Of a DNA stretch of 64,000 nt, positions 36,909-47,968 are shown piece after piece. The position numbers and the translations under genes were made by a program. The notes beneath the pieces were generated by a model that did not search any database, was not told the origin of the DNA, and worked only from the letters and a program-made list of their open reading frames with translations. The first letter of the stretch is position 1. Every line of letters begins with the position of its first letter. This stretch comes from Geosiphon pyriformis uo1 (Eukaryota; Fungi; Glomeromycota), in assembly GCA_016748015.1 (NCBI GenBank), contig JAAOMT010000563.1, positions 124,001 to 188,000 on the forward strand, given 5' to 3'.

Positions 36909-38325
36909 TCACACGTTAGAATTGCGACTTAAACGTAAAAAAACGAGGAAAGTTGAAAGGTTTTACTTAACGAGAAAAATTTTATTTTCAAAATAAATGC
37001 TAACGCGGCGTGAGCACCCAATATGAATAATAGAATAATACGAGAAGTTTTTGAATCTGCCCTGACAATCACTGGGTAAAGATTGCGAGCTATGAAGAAT
37101 CCTACAAAATAAAAGAAAGATGTATTAAGTGAAGTGATTTAAAACATTTTCATGATGACTGTAACCCACCAGAAATACAGAACCCAACAATCACCACTGT
37201 CCACCGTAAATTAGTTGACGGTACAATACAAATTACCTGAAAATTTTGAAATCAAAATATTTAATATAAATTAGGTTAAAAAACAAAAAACAAAACAAGA
37301 ATAGAATTTGACATACAGATACAGGGAGCCATACAGTCATTCCATAGCCGTACAGTCCAAGAATGTCTAAGAGTGACGGCTTACATCCAAGATATTTAAG
37401 TGCACCCCAGATTGCCAGTGGCAATCCAAATGCATATGTGTATATTAACATCGCTCCAAACGTCAAAATTTCTAGAACTTTCATATCATACTTGAGTGTT
37501 TTGTTAAAATATGCCACAATAGATACGGTAATTGATGACGTTACAAAAAGCAAAAATACAACAGTTGTGGAAATCCAAAAAGGCCCTAATATAAGAGTAT
37601 TAGTTCTGTTACTTTGGAAAAAAAAACCTCGATTTTCTTTTAATCAAAAAAAAAGTTACCATATAAATCTGGATTTGCCCCAACAACCTCTAAAAAGTTG
37701 TCCTTTGGGAAGATACTTTTTGCCGCACGTTCAAGAACCTGACACGCGAAAAAATATCAACATAAATTCAAACATAATTCAAACATTTAAAAATCCAAGC
37801 TATAAATACCTGATGAGTGTCTACATCAAAGAATTGAGCATAGTAATCCACTGACCAGAATGGCGGCTTTGCAGTTTGGTTATCAGGTCTTGGTTGGTTT
37901 GGATCAAAAAATGGGTCATTAAATCCAACTTTTTTTGGAGAAGAAAATTAAATAGGATGAAGGGAAAAGGAAATGGATAAACACGCGTTAAAATAAAATA
38001 AAGAGACACACCATACCATTGTGACTTGAGGAAGCTTGCTTATCCGACCCGATCTTACCACCGATGGCTGAACCTGAGGAAAAGTCTAACATGAAGAAAA
38101 AAATTTGTAAGAATTTACACAAGTCTCAACGGTAACCTTAAGAATTGAATCTTGGAAAAATCTTGTTACCTTGAAACTCTAAAGTTTGTCTTCCAGCACC
38201 CTATAGAAAGCTCAATAAACTTTGAGAGAGGGTGGGGTGAATGGATTAATGAACCAAAAGCCCTAAATCAGACGGCTTACCGGATCGTCGTCTACCTCAA
38301 CGACAACACTGTAATCTCTCGACAT
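36909..38325 (-). CDS. Yip1-domain Golgi membrane protein (YIPF1/2-like), multi-exon; last exon uncertain
   Basis: WSVDYYAQFFDVDT, NPDLY|GPFWISTTVVF and LYGYGMTVWLPVS; several TM segments; ATG at 38325. Confidence 0.85.
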
Positions 38326-39596
38326 AATTCAAATAAATAGTCTGCTTGGATATTGTTCGTAATGTTTTAAATAAAGCTATTCATTCACCATCGTTTTCCA
38401 GCGAAACAAAATCTCGATAGCCAATCAGTCTAAGCCAACAATTTCACATGACCCCTTTTGGTCGAATTGTAACTCACGCTTAAGACTTCATAGTTGGATA
38501 AACTTACTTATTAAAATTTTAAAATTATTTAAATTAAATTAATTAATTATTAGAAAATTCTATCATTTATTATTAATTATTTAAAAATATTAATTCTTAT
38601 TAATTTTAAAAAATAAATATTGTATAAAATTATTTATTAAAAAAATTCATTCTTGTAAAATATTAATTAAAAATTAACATTTGTAAAATTAATGCAGGGT
38701 AGTTTTATGTATTTTTGATTTAAAATAACATTTTTTTGTTATTTTTTATTTTAAAACTTTAAAATAATTATATTAAACAATAGTAAACTAATAATAATTA
38801 TTTAAACAATAATAAATTATAAAAATATTTTAACTATTTATAATTTTAAACAAAAATTGAAATATTGATCTTAAATTTTTGTTTTAATTTAGATTATAAT
38901 ATTTATATATATATAAACTTTTAATTCAATTTGCAAAAAATTATATTAATTAATTAAATTTATTTTCAAATTTAAAATATTTTTAAACAAATTTCAAATT
39001 TCAAAATTTAATTAATAAATATGTGAACATACAATTTTTTTTAAACCATTAATTTTAATAAATTATAATAAACTTTGATTATAATACACAAAATTAAATA
39101 CACACTATATTTTTAATTTTATAATTAGTTTCTTTATCTAATATACTTTATATTATTTAATTATTTTTAATACAAAATATTTGGAAAAAAAGATTTAAAA
39201 TATTATTTGTTAAAAATTACAATATAAAATCCTAAAGTATTATGTACATATATTAAATTCTTGTGTTATAACAAAATATAATTTTGTAAATATATGTTAA
39301 TTTTTATTTTTAATATTTAAAAAAATTTAATGTAATCATATTTTTTTATCGTAAGTTTAAAAAATTAATTGGCAAAATATTTATTTCGAAAAAAACAAAT
39401 TCAGGATTTGCGGTTCTTTTTAGGCAATCTTCAAATTATATTTTGTTATACAAAGATATACTAGCCTGATTCACAAATACAACCGCAAAAAAACCAGTAT
39501 CCCTACTTAAAAACAAAATAATATTTAATCTTAATTTATATAAGCTTCAAAAGCAATTTTGGAAAATTTATTTCCCACTTTCCAATATAAATTTAA

Positions 39597-40805
39597 ATGC
39601 TTCATTCTTCAAAATTGACTTTCTTGTGGAAAACCTCAAACTCAAAGACTGCATCTCATAAAACTTCAACCTATTTGTTCCCAAACAAGCTTAAGGTTAC
39701 TCTTTTATATACAAGCTCCACGAATTTATATTGTCGCTCTTCCAAAAACCACTTGGTGATCCAACTAACATCTTCCTTCAAAGCACTATACCCATTTCCG
39801 CAACGCTCACAATATCCATGTTCTTTTATTAGAAAACTCTGTTCTCAAAAAATGGCCAACCTAAATTACTCAAGCGGCTCAGCTTCCTCCTCAAATCAAA
39901 GTGCTCGACAGATAAATCTCCCCACTCTAAAAACTCTATCTTCGGTCACAACGTACCCTTTTGTGGACACGCACACTCACCTCCATTATGTGCTTGAGCA
40001 TCTTCAGCACCCTCCATCCTCATTAACTTCCTATAAATCCCTTCGTGAACTTCACTTTCCACCCAACCTAGAGTTCTGCATCAATGTACTGTGTGATCCA
40101 GAATCATTGGCTAGTGATATTCTTTTCCCAGACTCTTTTTTAGATTGGCGTGTACAAGCAAAAGAATCTTATATTTATCTAGCTGTGGGCATTCATCCTC
40201 ATCACGCAAAGATTTATGATGATCATATTGAGCAGCAAATGCTAAAAATTCTTGAACATCCCAAAACAATAGCTCTCGGGGAAATCGGTCTGGATTATCA
40301 CTATAATAACTCACCACGCGACATTCAAAAATTAATATTCGCCAGACAATTAAAGAAAGCAGTCGAACTTAGAAAACCAATTGTTGTACATACACGTGAA
40401 GCTGAGCAGGACACCTATGATCTTCTCACTACATATGTACCGTACAACTGGCATATTCACGTGCATTGTTTCACTGATAGTCCCGAGTTCGCCAGAAATT
40501 TGTGTGATTATTTCACGAATTTGTATATCGGAATTACAGGAGTTATCACCTTTGGAACTGCAAAAAATACTCAGGCTGTCATAACTGAAGTAGTGCCAAT
40601 GAATCGTTTCTTATTAGAAACGGATGCACCATATATGGTCCCAGCAAAATTAAATAAAAGAAGACGAACTCACGATAAGATTAGTGTGTCTCATTCAGGA
40701 ATGATTCCTTTTGTCGCTGAAAAGATTGCAGAGCTCAAAGGTATTGAAATTGACCAAGTCATGAATGCTGCTAGGGAAAACACTAGAAATATGTATGGCA
40801 TATGA
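39597..40805 (+). CDS. TatD-family metal-dependent nuclease, intronless, with an N-terminal extension (alternative start 39852)
   Basis: DTHTH, GIHPH, GEIGLDY, VHTRE, HVHCFT and LLETDAPY motifs. Confidence 0.93.
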   Translation: MLHSSKLTFLWKTSNSKTASHKTSTYLFPNKLKVTLLYTSSTNLYCRSSKNHLVIQLTSSFKALYPFPQRSQYPCSFIRKLCSQKMANLNYSSGSASSSNQSARQINLPTLKTLSSVTTYPFVDTHTHLHYVLEHLQHPPSSLTSYKSLRELHFPPNLEFCINVLCDPESLASDILFPDSFLDWRVQAKESYIYLAVGIHPHHAKIYDDHIEQQMLKILEHPKTIALGEIGLDYHYNNSPRDIQKLIFARQLKKAVELRKPIVVHTREAEQDTYDLLTTYVPYNWHIHVHCFTDSPEFARNLCDYFTNLYIGITGVITFGTAKNTQAVITEVVPMNRFLLETDAPYMVPAKLNKRRRTHDKISVSHSGMIPFVAEKIAELKGIEIDQVMNAARENTRNMYGI

Positions 40806-41139
40806 AGTTTCCTGATAGGATAGAGACATGAGACTATGTTGTTAGTGCCAAATGGCACCGCAACTTCCCTTGAAATCTAAATAGATTTTTATTTACAAAA
40901 ATTTCAACATATTATCCTGAATATTGAATCAGGAGAGGAACAACTATTGCTCCTAGTCACGCATAATCGGTATGAGATTTATGCCTTTTTGTTCCAAAGG
41001 CAATAAGTGGGTTTGCAGAATTTGCATCAACCCACTTTTTTAATCTTAAAAACCCTGAAATCAAAATTGGGAACTGCCTTTCAGAAACACCAAAGCCTAC
41101 CCATAATTATCAGACTTCCAACAGAAAAGCACTAATGGG

Positions 41140-43369
41140 CTACACCGTGATTGTAACTGCATGCTTTTCTGAAAACTCGGACATTTCTGGGAAATTAGGC
41201 AAAGCTTCCTCAGTGACATCATCCCCGGATGCCTTTTTTAGGAAAAGAAAAGCTTGAGCGTCGATGGTATTGCACAAAAATTTTATCAAGTGAAATAATT
41301 ACGATGGTACGCCAGAGTAAATGGGTCGTATTGCTTCTAGAATGGTTATGAAGTTACGCTCATATAAATACTTACAATCAACGCTGCCCAATGCCGAATC
41401 ATTTTATCATTCAACTGCAGATGCAAATTTTTCTTTATTTCAAAGCACCCAAGCGGATGTTTTTCACATCGACCAATGTATTTTGATCGTAAAATTGCTA
41501 TTGCCATATCATAACGGTACTTGAAACTTTCCGGTTCATTCTATCGATAAAAAGAAATCATAAATATATTCATTGAACATAACCTTATTTGGATTCTAGC
41601 TTACCGGATCTGCTTCTGTCATTATCATGTCTAATTCTCGCTTCCGTCGTCCTATTGAGGAAGGGGAGCATTAGAAAGGGATTAGAAAGTGTCATAAATC
41701 AAAAAAAATATGCAAATTTAACATTATTCACTTTTAGGAGCAACATAATTTTTGCCATTGCTTATCCCTTGCGAATGGAAAATCTAATGTGAGAACATTT
41801 TGTCTCACAATTTGATTAGATAACTTTAGGCAAACCTCACAATTTACGCACTTTTCCGGCTTGTTTGCTCGGCTCTGGGTGGAACATAATCTTCATCAGG
41901 TTCATCAGGTTCTGTGTAGTGCAAATTACGACGTGGCCTCCTCAACGAAGATGATGGTGTATTTGTACCCGTTGAGCTTGGACCAGCTTTTTGTGCTGTC
42001 ACAGTTTCATCATCAGAATCTTGAAGCATAAAAATAAAAATAAATTTGAAGTTGCAATTAAGTGTCCTATATTAGATAACAACTCTAAATAACTGTTACC
42101 AATATTTATCACTGTGGGTGTAGGTTGTGAGGATTCCCCAGCAGTTGGGTGTACAAAAGTCTGTGGTGTTTCAGTGACCTCTCCAGCAGGATCCATTTCA
42201 ATCCCTAGCATAGCAAGAATTGCTTCTGCAGGACGATTTTGGGGATCTAATTGTTGGGGTAATGATTGAGACTGAAATAGTGATTTCGGTAACGATGCAA
42301 CAACTTGCGGAATATTGGTACTAATGATGCCTCTTCCAATAGATGTTGCATGCGTTGTACTACTGCTACCCGGTGATGCTGGCCGTATAGGCGAATATTT
42401 ATATCTATGAGAGTTTGATATTGAATTTCCGGTATTATGGAATGTATTATTAGGTGTCAAACTATGCTGTCCTTGGCCTGTGTCACTTGATACCATTAGG
42501 AAAGACTCTTCTTGAGTATTCATTAAAGCAGCAGCCTCACGAGCTTCTCGCATACTCTTTGCAGCAGCCTCTTCTTCAATTTCTGCCGTTAATTTTTTCA
42601 CTCTCGGGTGCTTTCGGATTTCCTCCCATCTTTCTAGATGTAAAACTTCATGATGATATTTTTTCAATGCGGCAACATACCATTCCACACTGCGTGGGTT
42701 ACTTGTGTCAGCCTTGAAACGCATGTAATTACAAAGGCCGTCAACTTGCACAGGAAAAATTGATCCATCCGGATTTATCCAACGATTTTTTTTGGCCAGG
42801 GCCTCATAGGATCTACCAACTTGAAGATGATGCTGTCTTTTGGTTTTTTTTGCTTCATCACCTGAGGCATCATTCCTTATTTGTGTCGGTGAGGTTGGCG
42901 CAGTATTAGAAGTATAATTATAAAGAGGCTGAGTAAAAGGTATTGAATTAGGGAAAACTCGACCATCGCCCAGGGATTGTGGGTCTGGAACAGGAATGGT
43001 GAAAGTTTGTTGCTGGCGAGGCACACTTTGGTCTATTTGTGAGGTGGTGTTAATCTTTGGTGGAAGGGCAGAGACGTGGTTTCTATTGAGGTTTTTGTTA
43101 TTGGGAACTTTATCCTCTTTTTCCAGGTTAATCACATTAAGGTTTCCACTTTCCGGAGGCGTCGCTGAGCCTATACTGACAGGGTCATTTTGCGAGCTGC
43201 CCTGGGTCTGATTATTGGGTGTTGGCTCTGGATCGAGATCAATAATGGTGGGTGGTGGTTTGGAGCGAGAGGTCGGGGTAACTGTCGTCGACGCGTCTTT
43301 GTCTGTCACGACACTAGTAGTTTTAAGTGCTTGTGTGTTTTTAGCAGTAGCTTGTCCTTGGATTTCCAT
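41140..43369 (-). CDS. Hypothetical protein with a tyrosine-recombinase core-binding (SAM-like) domain and a C-terminal C-x2-H..C..H..WA domain, multi-exon
   Basis: ATG 43369 (MEIQGQ). Internal RSYEALAK..IFPVQVDGLCNYMRFKA..PRSVEWYVAALKKYH..IRKHPRV. Downstream spliced exons LRSKYIGRCEKHPLGCFEI..HLQLNDKMIRHWAALI|ASGDDVTEEALPNFP..TV*. Confidence 0.7.
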
Positions 43370-43618
43370 ATTACACTGGTTTTTTTGACACCTTTTGGGC
43401 TCGAACTTTTGTACTGAAGGTGCAGTGCGTAACTTGTGATCGCCCAAATATATGATCTGATAGGGCGTATAATTATGAAGAATGATAATCACGTGTATAA
43501 TATATACGGATATAGGAAGATAGCACGAAGCAGATAGTCGACCTGAACCATCAATCAATGGTACCAACAAACTTAGAGTCGGTTCTTCAATCTCCTCCAA
43601 TTTTGCTATTCCACCCAA

Positions 43619-45243
43619 ATGACTGACAAAGAACACCTTTCCAAAACCATAGAACAAGGTTCTAATAATCCTTCACTACAAGTAGAAGCCGGTAATAAAG
43701 GGAAGAAGCCTTTTCCGCACTTCAACGTCTCATTTCCTTACGCTAGGCAACCCGACATCAGTGAAGTATTTCGAAATTATCCAAGGATACTCTGAAAAAC
43801 TCTTAATTTACAGAGCCTTTGCAACTTTTCGTTTCTTGCTTATCAATCATTAAAAGTTCGAGCAAATCAGAAAGATGTATATTATCAACGGGTGCTCGAA
43901 GAACAAATGACAAATGTGTTTCGACAGTTCTTTGGTGAGCTTATATATATATATCACTAATTTATATGTGAGTAAAATTATATGTGATTCGAATAATTAA
44001 CGCGGAATTCAATTTTAGGGACCCGCAGTCAACATTATTATCAAAAAGAAGTAGTGCTATTGTCTGATCTCTTTTATTTTTGTTTGACAACTTTAGTTGG
44101 TGAGTTATAGCATAAATTGTATTCTTTCTTCACCTGGCTAATTATAAATACTCTTTTACTAGGAACTCAAACTCTGGGTGAAGAATACTGTGATATATTG
44201 CAAGTTTCAGAATCTACCAAAAAGTTTCCGAACTTTCAAGTTAGCTTAATTTCTTTTGTGAGAAAGAGCGCTGAATACAAGATTATTATTAAATTTCATT
44301 ATCTAATTATCTGAATGATTCAGAGAAGAGCTACCCAGATTTTTTGGCACGCGATATTCCCTTATTTTTACACTAGAGGCACGGCTGAAATTCGTAAACG
44401 TACCAAACCCTCTTGGCGCGAGCAATTTCAAGTGGAAACCGGAGGAGATACTAAATACAAAACTCGGTTTCGTGAATTTTTACATAAATACCTTCCAAAA
44501 ATTCAGCTATTTTTCACAAATCACATACATCCCTTCCATTTGGCGATCTTTTATTTTTTTGGGGCATATTATGGATTTTCCAAACGGCTTACTGGTATCC
44601 GCTACGTATGTAAAAAAATCAACCTTTTTGCTGTCAAATCATAAATAATCTGATGATTCATTGTCAGCATCCATTTCTTGGATTAGATTTTCACTCGACA
44701 ATTGTCACCCAATGAGCAGCATTTTGGCTATGAAGTTCTTGGATTCTTACTTTTAATCCAGCTCATAATTCAAACCTATCAATATCAAAAACAATTATCG
44801 AATGGAAATGAGGATAAGAATGATATAGAAGAGGATTTCGAAGCCGAAGAGTATTTTGAAAATATCGATTTGAATCCCTCGTTATATTTATTTTTATTAA
44901 CTCCTTTGGCTTGCCATGTTTTTCATCTAAATAGAGACCAAGCTGATTTTCTTTTCACCTCTTCAATGGGTCTTACTCCTCAGGAAATCAATGCTCGAAA
45001 ATGCACTCTTTGTCTTTCACCACGCATAAACACTACCGCCACTGGCTGCGGCCATTTGTTTTGTTGGTCATGTATAGCAGAATGGTGTCGTAATAAGGTT
45101 CATCCGAAGCAATATGTTTATTAAATTTCTTGCTAATTTAAATTTTGTGTTAATATTATTTTCTTGATTGTATCCAGCCTGAATGTCCGTTGTGTCGGCA
45201 ACACATCAATCTGGCTCATCTACTTCCAATTTACAACTATTAA
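43619..45243 (+). CDS. PEX10: Peroxin 10, RING E3 ligase, multi-exon
   Basis: FPYARQPDI|[49 protein letters not shown] and [22 protein letters not shown]|PECPLCRQ. Confidence 0.95.
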
Positions 45244-45252
45244 GGTATTCTT

Positions 45253-46980
45253 AATGCTGGAATTGGTTTTTACTTAACATTATTCTCAGTGATAGAGTAT
45301 AGGGAACCCACAGATAAACTGAGTGCCTAGATCGAGAGTTTTCTTTAATCGTCATTCATTTGGAGCAGAGCTTGTGGTCATTATAAAAGATAGCCAACTG
45401 AGAAAATTCAAAGTAAAATGTGCAAACTTTTGTTTGGAAAAGCTTCGCAGATCAAAGGAGAGGAAAGGTTTGTAAAGGTAGGCAATAAATGGTTGCTGGG
45501 CCGAATACTTTGGTCTCTAAACTTCAGTAGTACGCTGAACTTGCGTTGCCAACCACCGATGTTTGACCTGATCAGTAACGGTTTGACTCTTCATGCTCTG
45601 AGTTTAGGTGACCTGCAAGATTACTCTAAATTCTACATAAGGATAAAGGAATTCCCCACCCCCAAAAAGAGGTTTTTTTAATCAATTATAAACTGAGTGA
45701 AAAATTTTGACTCACAACCATCCAAATATTTAATTCAAGGTGGTGTGAAAGTCTGCTCCTTGAGACTTTCTAATCAACGGAATCCCAAATGGCTTTGGAT
45801 ATTAGTTTGCAAGTGAATACTAACTGGTAACCACTTTGAGCATGAAAAACGATAAATGATCGTATCTTTAAACTTCAATCACTATTTTTGCCTCTTCTCA
45901 CCACTTTAACCAACACAGGTAAAAGTTGTATGTAGTTATGGTTCCACCCAATTATCGGGACCAAAAATTCTTTTACTATTTGTTTGGATGTCAAAATAAA
46001 TACAAGTTTGGGCTATCACTCTTCCAGCATTTTAGTTCCACCAATATTCAAATTGGTCTTTCCATATTAGCTCAATGAATTATTTATCGAAATCAGCATG
46101 ATTTAAAATCAAACTTTATAGTCTCCTACGATTACATTGCGAAATCGTTTTCTATTATATTCCCGTTTGGGTCTTATAAGTTGTTGGTCATTCTCAGAAT
46201 ATCAAATGTATCAACCCCTTTTTCAGAAACTTTCACCGATTAGAATGGCTCTCAAGCTTTGAGAGGGGATAACTATTTAATTAAATCAACAAATAGTTGT
46301 CGGTGGCTCCTATTTTCCTCCCCCATCCGTGACTTGCATTCAAAAAATATTTAGTTGCGGGTGGGTGTTTCCTTTATCCTTCCTTATTGATTCAATTATT
46401 GCCGAGACGAACTCAGCGAACCCCCCATTCACAATTTTCGGCTAAGACTTGATACTGGAGCCACTTTCACAATTATACCATACTTGGTAGGGGCCAAGTT
46501 ACCGACCCGTGCCGGTTGGCACTGGAGGCCACTCGTGACTTACATTCAGAAAATATTTTGTTGTGGGTCGACTTGTCGTGAATGGCATATTTTCTAAATT
46601 TATTTTAACACTGCTCCACTTTGTAGTTTTTCGAAAATTTAACAATTTAATAACAAGAGCGCTTCCTCTATCCATATTTATGCCTAAGACTTTCATTCAA
46701 AAAATATTATTCGCACGTCGATTTATAATGGTGATTATATTAGATGGTGATTATATTAGATGGTTTGGTTTCTTGCGGTAGTTAACAGAACAAGTCTCAC
46801 TTTGGGGTTTGGGCCCGTTTGATGTGATCGCTGATCGTGGTATTTTTTTTGGAATGCGAGAAAGTTTTCTTTGACCTAGGGTATTGAAACCACTTTTGAT
46901 TTCAACAATAAAAATTTTTTTTGGTAAATCTGAAAAGATGTTTTGGCAACTTTGGGTTCGATTTTGACTTGAACCTTGGG
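45253..46980 (+). ncRNA. Candidate large structured RNA (independent ncRNA or very long structured PEX10 3' UTR)
   Basis: No credible ORF, CpGs retained, many nested and crossing helices with G-U pairs favouring the + strand, and a repeated 21-nt motif (see findings). Confidence 0.5.
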
Positions 46981-47968
46981 TTCATGGTTATGAAAATTAG
47001 ATATAATTAAATCCCAGCGTGTAATCAATTTGGTTTGGGTAAAGATTACTGGATAGATATAACTTTTTGATCACCCCATCAAGCAAAGCCTTCATCAAAG
47101 CCACTTAAAAAGCCAACTTGGATACTATTTGTATCACTTAAAATTTTTATATAGATTTGTTCAAATCGAATGATGATTTTTATTCTTTTAATTGAATTGT
47201 AAATTAATTTTATTTGTTAATAAATATATAATTTGTTTTAATTTTAAAACATAATTAAAAATGATTTTATGATTTTATTAATTATTTATTTATTATAATT
47301 AAAAATCAATTTATATTTATTAAGATTTTTATTATTATTAATGCTTTAACAAAGTGAGGTCCTTCCACTACCTACGCACGCAAAACACACGTGTTCTACA
47401 ATAGGCGCTTTCTGCACGTGACTTATATTTATTAATATGGTTAAAAATTAATAAAAAATATAGGCATATAAAAATTGTGAAATATAAATAACTTAAACAA
47501 TAGACGAAATTAAATATTTCTACTTGTTTAATCGAAAATATTAAAACAATTTGCCATGTTGTTTTTATTAATCAATTTATAAATTTCTGCATAAAATTCA
47601 CAAAGGATTTGAAATTTCTAGAATACTCATTTTTATTATATGCTGGCTGTTGATACATCCGACTTCTAAAAGCCGTTAAATATACAAAAAAATATATTGA
47701 TTTTTTGAGGTATCCATGTATAGTAATAAAATGGACATGAAAATTTATGGAGGGAACAGCGGAGTTAGAAAGGAAATATAATACATTGATTTGGTTAGGA
47801 AAATATTCCACGTATAGCCAAAAATTTGGGGGAAGTATTAATATTACAAGGGAGTCGAATAAATAATATTTAAAGGTTTTGTAAAGTGGAAACGAGAAAA
47901 TAATTTCAACCTGTTTAAAAACCGCAATAATAGACCATTCCCACATTTCCTTCTGATAACCAAAGAAA

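Noticed and set aside
43370-43657. N-terminal extension of the 552-aa ORF 41999-43657
   Set aside because: It starts at a non-ATG codon and overlaps the PEX10 start. The first ATG is at 43369 and the ORF end runs into an intron.
46728-46764. 16-bp tandem duplication atggtgattatattag
   Set aside because: Most simply a local slippage event with no independent evidence of function.
45418-46781. Short ORFs 45418-45681, 46499-46696 and 46563-46781
   Set aside because: No recognisable domains or consistent splice structure.
45253-46980. Group I/II intron or RNase P/MRP identity for the structured region
   Set aside because: I found no group II domain V, no matched P7 pair and no CR-I/CR-V pair. 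GAAAGTC is tied up in a local hairpin.
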